From Candidatus Eiseniibacteriota bacterium (lineage in GTDB: Bacteria; Eisenbacteria; RBG-16-71-46; DASYSL01), in the NCBI GenBank assembly GCA_031431875.1, contig JANPEF010000138.1, forward strand, positions 1-53,415: DNA of 53,415 bases. The letters are read 5' to 3'. This document shows positions 1-14,031 of the stretch, piece after piece (position 1 is the stretch's first letter; every line of letters begins with the position of its first letter). The position numbers and the translations under genes are program-made. Below the pieces are notes generated by a model, which did not search any database, was not told where the DNA came from, and was given only the letters and a program-made list of their open reading frames with translations.

Positions 1-120
1 GCGGCAGTGGCATACCTGGCAAAGCGCGAGGAGATGGGCTTCCCGATGCTGCCCGCGGAGCAACGTGCGGCGCTGGCGCCCACCAGGCCCACCACGCCCA
101 CCGCAGAGGTGAAGGCGTGA
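1..120 (+). CDS. glyQ: Glycine--tRNA ligase alpha subunit, 3' end (partial)
   Basis: Frame 1 reads AAVAYLAKREEMGFPML...VKA*, resembling the GlyQ C-terminus; its stop overlaps the glyS start (GTGA 117-120). Confidence 0.85.
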   Translation, partial: AAVAYLAKREEMGFPMLPAEQRAALAPTRPTTPTAEVKA

Positions 121-2243
121 GCGCGCGCGAGGACTTCCTGCTCGAACTGGGCGTCGAGGAACTGCCGGCGTCGTACATCGCGCCCGCGCTCACGCAACTT
201 GCCGCGGGCCTCGTGGCCGCGCTCGATGACGCGCGCCTGGCGCACGGTCCCGCGCGGACGCTGGCCACGCCGCGCCGACTCGCGGTGATCATTCCGGCCG
301 TTGAGGCGAAGCAAGACGACTACGACGAAGAAGCGACGGGCCCGCCCGTCGCCTCTTCGTGGGATAAGGACGGCAACCCGACGAAGGCGCTGCTCGGCTT
401 CTGCAAGGGCAAGGGCGTCGAACCCGCGGCCGTGCGCAAGGTCGCCACCGACAAGGGCGAGTACGTCGCGGTGACGGTGCGCCGCATCGGGAAGACGGCC
501 GAGGAGATCCTCGCCACGGCGGTCGCCCGCCACGCGCCCGCGCTGGCGTTTCCCAAGGCGATGCGCTGGCTCGACGGCCCGCTCGCCGAGGTGCGCTTCG
601 CGCGACCGCTGCGCTGGATCGTGGCACTCATCGATGAGCGCGTGCTCGAGGTGACGGTGGCGGGGCTGGTTGCCGGGCGCGTTTCGCGCGGGCATCGCTT
701 CCTGCATCCGGGCGAGGTCGTCATCGCACGGCCTTCCGTGTATGTCGAGGCCATGGCGGCGGCGTCGGTCGTGGCCGATCCCGCCAAGCGGCGGGCGGAC
801 ATCGTCGCGCAGGCCGGAAGGCTCGCGGCGCAGGCGGGCGGCACTCTCGTCGCGGACGAGGAGCTGGTCGACATCAACCAGGATCTCGTCGAGACGCCGA
901 CCGCGCTGCTGGGCGCGTTCGACGCGTCCTATCTCGACCTGCCGCGCGAGGTCATCGTCATGGCCCTGCGCGAGCACCAGCGCTACTTCGCCGTCGAGGA
1001 CGCGGGCGGCAAGTTGCTGCCGGCGTTCGTCGGCGTGCGCAACGGCGACGCGACCAACCTCGCCGGCGTCGTCGCCGGCAACGCAGCCGTGCTCAAGGCG
1101 CGGCTCGACGACGCGCGCTTCTACTGGGACACCGACCTCGTGAAGTCGCCCACGGACCGCGTGCCGGATCTCGCCGGCATCGTGTGGCTGGCGGGCATGG
1201 GCTCGATGCTCGACAAGGCGGATCGGCTGGAGCTGCTCGCGGCCATGATTGCCGGCCGGAAGCACTGGGGTGGCGGCCCCGCCGCGGTGACTGCCGCGGG
1301 AGTCGCGGCCCGGCTCTGCAAGACGGACCTCCTTTCCGAGATGATCGGGAGTGGCAAGGAGTACGCCAGCCTCGAGGGTGTCATCGGTGCCTACTACGCC
1401 GAGCGACATGGTGCATCGCCGGATGTCGTCGCTGCCATCCGGGATCACGTCCGACCCAGGGGTGCGGGTGACCGGCTTCCGGAGACATCCGCGGGCGCGG
1501 CGCTCGCGATTGCAGATCGTGCGGACACGGTGGTCGGCTGTTTTCTCGCGGGGAAACTTCCCAGCGGGTCGGAAGATCCCTATGGGGTCCGTCGCGCTGC
1601 AAACGGCGTCGTTCGGATCCTGCTCGATCAGCAACGATCGTTGGATCTCCTGGAGTTGAGCGCCGCGGCGCTTGCAGGCTTCATGCACCAGCGGAAAGCC
1701 GCGCCGTCCGACGAGGTGCGCGCCAAGCTCGCCGAGTTCTGGGACGGCCGCGTCGCCACCGCCTTGGCCGACCGCGGGCTCGCCTACGACGAGATCGCCG
1801 CGGCGCAGGGCGGCCGCGACGGCGCAGGTGATCCGCTCGAGGTCGAGAAGCGCGCGCGCGCGCTTTCGAACCGCCGCGGGGCGGCCGACTTCGCGCCGCT
1901 GGTGATCGGCTACAAGCGCGTGGCCAACATCCTGCGCGCCGCGCAACCCGGCGACGTGCCCGCGCACGCCGGCGACGCGTTCCCGGATCCGGCCGAGGCC
2001 GCGCTCGCCGCCGCCCTCGCGACGGCCACGAAATCCGCCGATCCGCAGTTCGCGACGCGCGACTACGAGGGGGTGCTCGGTACGCTGCTGTCGCTGCGCG
2101 CGCCCATCGACGCGTTCTTCGAGGGAGTGATGGTCAACGTCGAGGACGTCGCGGTGCGCCGCCGCCGGCTGGGCCTGCTGGCCGCGGCCCGCGCCCTGTT
2201 CGATCGCGGCTGGGACCTGTCGAAGGTCGTGGTCGAGGGCTGA
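117..2243 (+). CDS. glyS: Glycine--tRNA ligase beta subunit
   Basis: FLLELGVEELP, TPRRLA, FPKAMRW, HQRYF, ARLDDARFY, GSEDPYGVRRAA motifs; 708 aa. Confidence 0.97.
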   Translation: MSAREDFLLELGVEELPASYIAPALTQLAAGLVAALDDARLAHGPARTLATPRRLAVIIPAVEAKQDDYDEEATGPPVASSWDKDGNPTKALLGFCKGKGVEPAAVRKVATDKGEYVAVTVRRIGKTAEEILATAVARHAPALAFPKAMRWLDGPLAEVRFARPLRWIVALIDERVLEVTVAGLVAGRVSRGHRFLHPGEVVIARPSVYVEAMAAASVVADPAKRRADIVAQAGRLAAQAGGTLVADEELVDINQDLVETPTALLGAFDASYLDLPREVIVMALREHQRYFAVEDAGGKLLPAFVGVRNGDATNLAGVVAGNAAVLKARLDDARFYWDTDLVKSPTDRVPDLAGIVWLAGMGSMLDKADRLELLAAMIAGRKHWGGGPAAVTAAGVAARLCKTDLLSEMIGSGKEYASLEGVIGAYYAERHGASPDVVAAIRDHVRPRGAGDRLPETSAGAALAIADRADTVVGCFLAGKLPSGSEDPYGVRRAANGVVRILLDQQRSLDLLELSAAALAGFMHQRKAAPSDEVRAKLAEFWDGRVATALADRGLAYDEIAAAQGGRDGAGDPLEVEKRARALSNRRGAADFAPLVIGYKRVANILRAAQPGDVPAHAGDAFPDPAEAALAAALATATKSADPQFATRDYEGVLGTLLSLRAPIDAFFEGVMVNVEDVAVRRRRLGLLAAARALFDRGWDLSKVVVEG

Positions 2244-2306
2244 TCGTGCGGCTCGATGCCGGGGGGGCGGCGCGTCCGCCCGGTGGTCGTCGCCGCATCC
2301 CCCTGA

Positions 2307-2334
2307 TGCCGCACGCGCCAGTGCCGCACGCGCC
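2307..2334 (+). repeat. 13-bp direct repeat TGCCGCACGCGCC x2
   Basis: Exact copies at 2307-2319 and 2322-2334, just upstream of a putative -35 box. Confidence 0.8.
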
Positions 2335-2336
2335 GA

Positions 2337-2365
2337 TTGTCGGGGAGCGCCGGCCAGCGTAGACT
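2337..2365 (+). promoter_or_regulatory. Putative sigma70 promoter, likely leaderless transcript
   Basis: TTGTCG(2337-42)-17 nt-TAGACT(2360-65); ATG 6 nt downstream at 2372, no Shine-Dalgarno (SD). Confidence 0.6.
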
Positions 2366-2371
2366 CGTCGC

Positions 2372-2983
2372 ATGATTTCACTCCATTCCAGTCTCCTTCT
2401 CGGCGTGGGATTCGCGCTGGCGACCCTCGGCGCGACGCCTGGAGTCACGCCCGCCGCCCCGGCTCCGGACGCCGCCGTCGACTCGACCGCCGGCACCACG
2501 CCGATCACGCCCACCAACCCGCGTCCGCCCCAGCCGCGCGAGTTCAACGCGTACTATGGTGGCTCGTTCGCCATCGGCTTCTTCGACGGCGATGCGCGTT
2601 TCGCGATCATGCCGAACGTGGCGTGGGGGCTGACCCCGAAGCTGTCGGCAGGAATTGGCGCGAGCTACGAGTTCGTGAGCTACGATGGCGGCGAGGGCAC
2701 GGCGAACAACTACGGCGGCAGCCTCTTCACGCGCTATCACTTCACGCCGGCGTTCTACGGCCGCGCCGAGTTCGAGGCCCGCAGTCTCGACGCGATCTCG
2801 ACGCCGGCCGGCGTCGGGCGCGAAACGGTGGAGTTCTTCTGGCTTGGCGGGGGAGTCTCCACCGCGATGGGGCGGAGCTCGTCGGCCTATGCCGAGGTGC
2901 TGTTCGACCTGGTGCAGGATCCGCTCTCTCCCTACGAGGGTGGCCGGCCGCTGAGCCGCGTCGGCGTCACGTTCGGATTCTGA
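2372..2983 (+). CDS. Putative small outer-membrane beta-barrel protein
   Basis: Signal peptide, Pro/Thr linker, alternating amphipathic strands, C-terminal Phe (VGVTFGF). Confidence 0.7.
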   Translation: MISLHSSLLLGVGFALATLGATPGVTPAAPAPDAAVDSTAGTTPITPTNPRPPQPREFNAYYGGSFAIGFFDGDARFAIMPNVAWGLTPKLSAGIGASYEFVSYDGGEGTANNYGGSLFTRYHFTPAFYGRAEFEARSLDAISTPAGVGRETVEFFWLGGGVSTAMGRSSSAYAEVLFDLVQDPLSPYEGGRPLSRVGVTFGF

Positions 2984-3091
2984 CTTCGAGTCGAGCGAGG
3001 ACGGTTGAGCCCCGACCAGGACCGCACCCGGTCGGCCCCGGAGGCGGGGGGTGCGGGAGCGCCAGACGCGCCGGATTCTCCGCATCCGGGG

Positions 3092-3815
<724 letters not shown>

Positions 3816-4772
3816 TTGAACGCCCCCCGCCGCGACCTCCTCGACCTCGAGACCCTGCCCACCTCCGAGATGACCCGCCTGCTCGAGGGCGCGCGCGCGT
3901 TCCAGCGCGTGCTTGCCTCGCCCGGGCGAAAGAAGCCGGTGCTCGCCGGCACGGCGGTGGCGAACGTGTTCTACGAGCCGTCGACCCGCACCCGCGTCTC
4001 GTTCGAGTGGGCGGCGCGCCGCGTCGGCGCCGATGCCGTGTCGTTCGCGGCCACGGGCTCGTCGGTGGGCAAGGGCGAGTCGCTGCTCGACACCGTGTGG
4101 ACGCTCGAGTCCATGGGGCTCGACCTGGTCGTGCTGCGCCACGGCTCGTCGGGGGCGGCGCACTTCCTGGCGCGGCACCTGACCGCGCACGTGGTCAACG
4201 CCGGCGACGGCACGCACGAGCACCCCACGCAGGGCCTACTCGATGCGCGCACGCTGCTCGATCACTGGGGCTCGCTCGCCGGCCGCCGCATCGCAATCGT
4301 CGGCGACGTCAAGCACAGCCGCGTCGCGCGCTCGGCGACGTGGGCGTTCACCAAGCTCGGTGCACACGTCGTCCTGTGCGGGCCCACCGCGCTGCTGCCC
4401 GTCGCGGCCGCCGCGGCCCTGGGCGACCCGGCGGGGCAGGTGAGCGTGACCGCCTCGCTGGCCGAGGCCGTCGAGGGCGCCGATGCCGTCATGGCGCTGC
4501 GCCTGCAGAGCGAGCGCATGGAGGCGTCGAACCTGCCGTCGGCCGCCGACTTCACGCGGCGCTACCGGCTGACGCGCAAGCGTCTCACTGGCGCGAAAAC
4601 CGACGCGCTGGTGCTCCATCCGGGGCCGATGAACCGCGGGGTCGAGATCGCCTCGCACGTCGCCGACTCGCCGCGCTCGGTGATCCGCGCCCAGGTCGCC
4701 AACGGGGTCGCCGTGCGCATGGCCGTGCTGTGCTGGTGCCGCGGACTCGACCCCGTGGAGGCCGCGTCGTGA
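3816..4772 (+). CDS. pyrB: Aspartate carbamoyltransferase catalytic subunit
   Basis: FYEPSTRTR, NAGDG.HEHPTQ, HSRVARS, HPGP motifs; TTG start directly after the pyrR stop. Confidence 0.96.
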   Translation: MNAPRRDLLDLETLPTSEMTRLLEGARAFQRVLASPGRKKPVLAGTAVANVFYEPSTRTRVSFEWAARRVGADAVSFAATGSSVGKGESLLDTVWTLESMGLDLVVLRHGSSGAAHFLARHLTAHVVNAGDGTHEHPTQGLLDARTLLDHWGSLAGRRIAIVGDVKHSRVARSATWAFTKLGAHVVLCGPTALLPVAAAAALGDPAGQVSVTASLAEAVEGADAVMALRLQSERMEASNLPSAADFTRRYRLTRKRLTGAKTDALVLHPGPMNRGVEIASHVADSPRSVIRAQVANGVAVRMAVLCWCRGLDPVEAAS

Positions 4773-6106
4773 GCGAACGCACCTGGCTGTTCGTCAACGC
4801 GCGCCTGGCCGATCCCGGCGCGGGCACGCTCGCTTTCGAGGACGTGCTCGTGGTCGACGGGCGCATCGTCGCGCGGGGACCGGCGGCGGCCACGCACGCC
4901 GGCGCGAAGTCGGCGCGCACGTTCGACGGCGCCGGCGCCATTCTGGCGCCGGGACTTGTCGACGCCCACGTCCACCTGCGCGAGCCCGGGCAGGAGGACA
5001 AGGAGACGATCGCCACCGGCACGGCCGCGGCCGTCGCGGGCGGGTTCACTTCCGTGGCCTGCATGCCGAACACCGTGCCCGTGCTCGACGAGCCGGGACG
5101 CCTGCGCTGGGTCCTCGAGCGCGCCGCGCACACCGGGCTGGCGCGCGTGCACCCGGTCGCGGCGATCACGCCCGGCCTCCTCGGCGAGCGCCTGAGCGAC
5201 ATGGCGGCACTGGTCGAGGCCGGCGCGATCGCGTTCTCCGATGACGGCCGCCCGGTGATGCACGGCGGCTTGATGCGCCACGCGCTCGAGTATGCGCGCG
5301 ACCTCGGCGTGCCCGTGATCACGCACGCCGAGGACCTGTCGCTGCGCGGGGATGGCGTGATGAACGAGGGCGCGGTCGCCAGCCGCCTGGGCCTGTCCGG
5401 CATCCCGAACGCCTGCGAGGTCACCGCCGTGGCGCGCGATCTGGAGTTGGCCGCGCTGACCGGCGGTCGCCTGCACGTCGCGCACGTCTCGACTGCGGGC
5501 GCCGTCGAGGCGCTCAGGCGCGCCCGCGCGCTGGGTGCGACCGTGACCGGCGAGACCGCGCCGCACTACGTGGCCCTCACCGATGCCGCGTGCGACGGCT
5601 ACGAGACCAACGCCAAGATGAACCCGCCGCTGCGCTCCGCCGCCGATCGGGACGCGGTGATCGCCGGGCTCGCCGACGGAACGCTCACGATCCTCGCCAC
5701 CGATCACGCGCCGCACACGCCGCAGGAGAAGGAGCGCGAGTTCGCGGCGGCGCCGTTCGGCATCGTCGGGCTCGAGACCGCGCTCGGCGTCACGCTGACG
5801 CACCTGGTGCACGCCGGGCGCATGCCGCTGCTCGCTGTGCTGGCGGCGTGGACGACCGCACCGCGCGCCCTGCTGGGCCTGCCCGATCCGCTGGTTCCCG
5901 GCGCCGAGGCCGACCTCGTGTTGCTCGATCCCGAGCGCGCGTGGACCGTGGACAGGGACGCGTTCCGCAGCAAGGGCCGCAACACGCCCTTCCATGGCCA
6001 CGCGCTCACGGGCCGTGCGCTCGGCACGTGGGTGGCGGGGCGGCGCGTGTTCGAGCTTCCTGCCGCAGTCCCGGCGCCAACCCTCACCACCGGGGGTGCG
6101 CGATGA
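4769..6106 (+). CDS. pyrC: Dihydroorotase
   Basis: DAHVHLREPG, CMPNT, HAED, KMNPPLR, TDHAPH; start GTG 4769 overlaps the pyrB stop. Confidence 0.95.
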   Translation: MSERTWLFVNARLADPGAGTLAFEDVLVVDGRIVARGPAAATHAGAKSARTFDGAGAILAPGLVDAHVHLREPGQEDKETIATGTAAAVAGGFTSVACMPNTVPVLDEPGRLRWVLERAAHTGLARVHPVAAITPGLLGERLSDMAALVEAGAIAFSDDGRPVMHGGLMRHALEYARDLGVPVITHAEDLSLRGDGVMNEGAVASRLGLSGIPNACEVTAVARDLELAALTGGRLHVAHVSTAGAVEALRRARALGATVTGETAPHYVALTDAACDGYETNAKMNPPLRSAADRDAVIAGLADGTLTILATDHAPHTPQEKEREFAAAPFGIVGLETALGVTLTHLVHAGRMPLLAVLAAWTTAPRALLGLPDPLVPGAEADLVLLDPERAWTVDRDAFRSKGRNTPFHGHALTGRALGTWVAGRRVFELPAAVPAPTLTTGGAR

Positions 6107-7230
6107 AGCCGTGGATGGACGCGGACGCGTGCCTGGCGCTCGAGGATGGGCGCATGTTCTACGGCCGCTCGTTCGGCGCGAAGGGGGCGTGCGCGGGCGA
6201 GGTCGTGTTCAACACCGCGATGTCGGGCTACCAGGAGATCTACTCGGATCCGTCGTACGCCGGGCAGATCGTGTGCCTGACCTACCCCCTGATCGGCAAC
6301 TACGGCGTGACCGACGCCGACTTCGAGTCCCCGCGCTTCCACGCCGAGGGCGTGATCGTGCGCGAGCACTGCGAGCACCCGTCCTCGTGGCGGCTCGAGG
6401 CGCGCCTCGGCGACTGGCTCACCGAGCGCGGTATCGTCGCCATCTCCGAGGTCGACACGCGCGCCCTGACACGCCACATCCGCCAGGCCGGCGAGTTGCG
6501 CGGCGTCCTCTCGACCGACGACCTGGATCCGGGCCGGCTGGTCGAGCGGGCGCGGGCCAGCACGGGGCTCATGGGCGCCGACCTGGCCAGCCGGGTGACC
6601 TGCGCGGCGCCCTATGTGTTCGCGCCGGGAGAACGGGGCCGGGTCGTGGTGTACGACTTCGGGGTGAAGCGCACCATCCTCACCGAGGTCGCCCGCCGCG
6701 GGTTCGCCGTCGAGGTCGTGCCCGCCCACACGTCGGCGGCGGACGTCCTGGCGCGCAATCCGGTCGGAGTGGTGCTGTCGAACGGGCCGGGTGACCCGGC
6801 TGCGGTCCAGGGCGCGCCCGAGGCCGTCGCCGCGCTGCTGGGCAAGGTGCCCGTGCTCGCCATCTGCCTCGGCCACCAGATCGCGGGGTTGGCGCTGGGT
6901 GCCACCACATCGAAGCTCAAGTTCGGGCATCACGGCGCGAACCATCCGGTGATGGACCTGACCACCCGCAGGGTCGCAGTGACGAGCCAGAACCACGGCT
7001 TCGTGGTCGACGAGAAGTCCCTGCCGGCGGGCTGCCGGGTGAGTCACCGATCGCTCAATGATGGCGCCGTCGAGGGAATCGCCCACGACGCGCTGGCCCT
7101 GGTCTCGGTGCAGTACCACCCCGAGAGTGCGCCCGGGCCACACGACAGCACGGGATTGTTCGATCGCTTCGCCGAGCTCACGTCGACCCGACCGGTCGCC
7201 GCGCCGGCATCCGCCCCCGTTCCGGCCTAG
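6103..7230 (+). CDS. carA: Carbamoyl-phosphate synthase small subunit
   Basis: GEVVFNT, DPSYAGQ, SNGPGDP, ICLGHQ, QYHPE; ATGA overlap with pyrC. Confidence 0.97.
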   Translation: MKPWMDADACLALEDGRMFYGRSFGAKGACAGEVVFNTAMSGYQEIYSDPSYAGQIVCLTYPLIGNYGVTDADFESPRFHAEGVIVREHCEHPSSWRLEARLGDWLTERGIVAISEVDTRALTRHIRQAGELRGVLSTDDLDPGRLVERARASTGLMGADLASRVTCAAPYVFAPGERGRVVVYDFGVKRTILTEVARRGFAVEVVPAHTSAADVLARNPVGVVLSNGPGDPAAVQGAPEAVAALLGKVPVLAICLGHQIAGLALGATTSKLKFGHHGANHPVMDLTTRRVAVTSQNHGFVVDEKSLPAGCRVSHRSLNDGAVEGIAHDALALVSVQYHPESAPGPHDSTGLFDRFAELTSTRPVAAPASAPVPA

Positions 7231-7254
7231 GGCCGGCAGGAGACGCATTCCCCC

Positions 7255-10472
<3,218 letters not shown>

Positions 10473-10488
<16 letters not shown>

Positions 10489-12173
10489 ATCCGCGCGTCA
10501 CGCTGGTCGCCTGCGTGCTGGCGCTCGGCGTCACCGGCGCCGGCTGCGCCTATTTCAACACGTTCCACTCGGCGCGGAAGAACTTCGCCGACGCCGAGCG
10601 CCAGATGCTGCAGCAGCCCGATCCCGAGGCGCGCGCCACCGCTGCCGCCGCGGCGCTCTATGACAAGGCGATCCAGGGCAGCACCAAGGTCGTGCTCGAG
10701 TACTCCAACAGCAAGTGGGTCGACGACGCGGTGCTGATGATCGGCCGTTCGCTGCTGGGCAAGGGCGACTACCAGGGGGCGCAGCTCAAGTTCTCCGAGC
10801 TGGGCCAGAACTTCCCCCAGAGCGATCTGCTCGACGAGGGCGTCTACTGGTCGGGGGTCGCAGCCGAGCGCGACCGCCGCCGTCCCGAGGCGATCGCGCT
10901 GTTCGACTCGCTGCTCACCACCCACCCCGCGTCGAAGCGGCGCGACGAGGCTCTGCTGCGCCGCTCGAGCCTCTACCTGCTGGCGCGCCAGCCCGAGAAG
11001 GCCGAGGGTGACCTGCGCGAACTTTCGCAGCGCACGGACAAGCTGGGCTACGACGCCGGGCTCAAGCTCGCCGAGGCGCTGTTCGCGGGCAAGCGCTTCG
11101 CCGAGGCGCGCGTCGAGTTCGAGCGCGTCGCCGCGCGCGCGCCCACCGAGCAGCTGCGGCAGGACGCGCGGCTGCGCGCCGGCGATTGCGACGAGGCGCT
11201 CGGCGACCAGGCGGCCGCGGTGCGCACCTACCAGGCGCTGCTGCGCGACGCGCGCACCGACGACGGCAAGGCGCGGGCGCGCCTGCGCTACGGAAGTTCG
11301 CTGGGCCTGTCGGGGAACGCCAACGAAGGGCTGGCCCAGCTCGACATCCTCATGATCGACCAGCCGCGCACCGCCTACGCGGCCGAGGCTGCATTCCGCG
11401 CCGGGTACCTGCACGAGGTGGTGAAGGACGATCCGGCGTCGGCGCGGCGCCTCTACGACGAGGTCGCCCAGCAGCAGCCCGGCTCGCCGTTCGTCGCCCA
11501 GGCGAAGACGCGGCGCGACAACCTCGACCGCCTCGATGTGTTCCGCGCGGCGCAAGACGACTCGAGCGGTGCGGACGCAGCAGCGCAGGCGCTGTTCCAG
11601 TCGGGAGAGCTGCTGTTGTTCCAGCTGGCCAAACCCGAGCAGGCCGTCGAGGAATACGCGCGCCTCGAGAAGGCGCACCCCGACAGTCCCTATGCCCCGC
11701 GCGCCGCGTTCGCCCAGGGCTGGATCAAGGCCCGGCGCCTGGGCGACCCCGCCGGTGCGCAGGCGGACTTCGCGCGCCTGATCGAGCGCTGGCCCGCCGC
11801 ACCCGCCGCGGCCGTGGCGCAGCGGCTGCTGGCCAACCCCACCGACAGTTCGTTTGCGCTCGAGGCCCTGCCGCCGACCAGCTTCAAGGTCTCGCTCGTG
11901 CCCGGGAACGCCCTGTACGTGCCGCCGCCTCCGGTGCCCGCATCGCGCGGGGCCGCGAAGCCCGCACCCGGCGCGCCGGGGATCGTCAAGGCCCCGGTCG
12001 ACAGCCTGCAAGCGCTCGCGCCGGGGGACAGCCTGGCGGCCGCGGCACTGCGCACGATGCCGATGGATGCGCTGCGGGATTCGCTGTACCGGGCGCGGGC
12101 CGATTCGATCCGCGCGGCACAACGCGCACGCACCAACACCCCGGCGGACACCACGGGGAGCTTCGAGAGATGA
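10473..12173 (+). CDS. Tetratricopeptide-repeat lipoprotein (BamD/YfiO-like repeats)
   Basis: GTG after SD GAGGA; lipobox GAG|C then AYFNTF; repeated helical motifs such as [29 protein letters not shown]. Confidence 0.8.
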
Positions 12174-13093
12174 CTCCAGTCCGCTTTGCGCCCGAAGCCG
12201 TGCGCACACCGTTCGTCGAGGCGCCGGCCGAGGCGATCGCCAACGCGCCGCTGCCGGGCACGCGCCTGTGGTGGCTCGCGCTCGCCGTGCCGACGAGCGT
12301 GCCCGCCCCCGCCCCTGGCCAGTTCGCCATGATCACGCCGCCGGGCGCATTGACCGCCGGCCTGGTCCTCGCGCGACCGTTCTCGATCGCGCGCACGTGG
12401 GAGGAGGGTGGCCGCCGCATCTTCGGCATCCTCTACACGCGCGTGGGACGCGGCACCGATCTCATGACCCGCTCGCCGCGCGAGGGCTGGGCCGTGCTGG
12501 CGCCGCTGGGCCGCGGCTTTCCGCTGGAGGGGAAGGGTCCCGCGATCCTGGTCGGCGGCGGCCGTGGCACCGCGCCGCTGGTGATGCTCGCCGAGCAGCT
12601 CGAGGCGCGCGGGCGAACGGTGCACTTCCTGGTGGGTGCGCGCAGCCGCGCCGACTTCGCGGGCCCGGCCGAGATGGGCGCACCGCTGATCCGTACACGC
12701 GTGTGGGAGGCGACCGACGACGGCTCGCGCGGCCGCCGCGGTCGCGTGCTCGACCTGCTCGCCGAGGAGCCCGAGCTTGGCGCCGCACTCACGGCGAACG
12801 GTACTACGCTCCATGCCTGCGGCCCGCACGGGCTCCTCGCGGCGGTCGGCAACCTGGGCGCGGCGGGTGGGGTTCCCGCCTACACGTCGATCGAGGCGCA
12901 CATGGCGTGCGGCACCGGCATCTGCCGCTCGTGTGTTGTGCCACGCCCCGCGGGCGGACCGAAGCCCCGCCCCGGCGCCAACCCCGACTACCTGATCGCC
13001 TGCCTCGAGGGACCGGTGGTCCCGGCCGAGTGCGTGGAATGGGCGCGCGATCGCGAAGCGGTCGCGAGTGGTTCGCTGGTGGCAGAATCATGA
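12170..13093 (+). CDS. pyrK: Dihydroorotate dehydrogenase electron-transfer subunit
   Basis: PGQF, RPFS, GGGRGTAP, ACGP, MACGTGICRSC...CLEGP [2Fe-2S] motif; adjacent to pyrD. Confidence 0.88.
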   Translation: MTPVRFAPEAVRTPFVEAPAEAIANAPLPGTRLWWLALAVPTSVPAPAPGQFAMITPPGALTAGLVLARPFSIARTWEEGGRRIFGILYTRVGRGTDLMTRSPREGWAVLAPLGRGFPLEGKGPAILVGGGRGTAPLVMLAEQLEARGRTVHFLVGARSRADFAGPAEMGAPLIRTRVWEATDDGSRGRRGRVLDLLAEEPELGAALTANGTTLHACGPHGLLAAVGNLGAAGGVPAYTSIEAHMACGTGICRSCVVPRPAGGPKPRPGANPDYLIACLEGPVVPAECVEWARDREAVASGSLVAES

Positions 13094-14031
13094 TCGCGGC
13101 CGCGACCATGCCCGATCTGACCGTCAGGATCGGCTCGCTCACGCTCGCCGGTCCTGTGCTGGTCGCCTCCGGCACCTACGGCTATGGCGACGAGTTCGGA
13201 GATCGCTACGCGCTGGCCACGCTGGGCGGCATCGTCACCAAGACGGTGACGCTCAAGCCGCGCGCGGGCAACCCGCCGCATCGCATGGTCGAGACGCCGT
13301 CGGGCATGCTCAACTCGATCGGGCTCGAGAACGTCGGGCTGAAGGTGTTCCGCGAGAAGAAGCTGCCGAAGCTCGCGGCCGAAGTGCCCACCGCGATCAT
13401 CGCCTCGATCGGCGGCGAGACGCCGGGCGAGCTGGTGCGCCTGATGCGGGCGCTCGAGTCGGCGCCGTGCGCGGCGTACGAGATCAACTTCTCGTGCCCG
13501 AACGTGGCGAAGGGCGGGGCGCGCTTCTGGGCCGACACGCGGCGCCTCGAGTCGACGACGAAGAAGCTGCGGGCGCTCACCGCCCGACCGTTGATCGCCA
13601 AGCTCACGCCGAATGCGACCGATCCGTCGGCGCTGGCGCGCGCCTGCGAGGCCGGCGGGGCCGACGCGGTGTCGCTGGTCAACACGTTCGTCGGCACGGC
13701 GATCGACCTCGCCACGCGCACGTTCGTGCTGGGCCGCGCCACCGGCGGGCTGTCGGGCCCGGCGATCAAGCCGCTGGCGCTGGCGCAGGTGCACGAGGTC
13801 TCGGGCGCCGTGGCGATCCCGGTCGTCGGCATGGGCGGCATCGTCACGGCGACGGACGCGCTCGAGTTCATCGTCGCCGGCGCATCGTGCGTGCAGGTGG
13901 GGACCGCGAACTTCGCGCGGCCCGACGCGCCCATGCGCGTCGCCGCAGGCGTAGCGGCGTGGTGTCGCGCGCAGGGCGTCACACGGTTGTCGGACCTGGT
14001 CCGCACCGTCACGACGTGGAGCCCCGCGTGA
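13090..14031 (+). CDS. pyrD: Dihydroorotate dehydrogenase catalytic subunit (family 1B)
   Basis: ASGTYGYG, MLNSIGLEN, NFSCPN, KLTPN, GGLSGPAIKP. Confidence 0.95.
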   Translation: MIAAATMPDLTVRIGSLTLAGPVLVASGTYGYGDEFGDRYALATLGGIVTKTVTLKPRAGNPPHRMVETPSGMLNSIGLENVGLKVFREKKLPKLAAEVPTAIIASIGGETPGELVRLMRALESAPCAAYEINFSCPNVAKGGARFWADTRRLESTTKKLRALTARPLIAKLTPNATDPSALARACEAGGADAVSLVNTFVGTAIDLATRTFVLGRATGGLSGPAIKPLALAQVHEVSGAVAIPVVGMGGIVTATDALEFIVAGASCVQVGTANFARPDAPMRVAAGVAAWCRAQGVTRLSDLVRTVTTWSPA

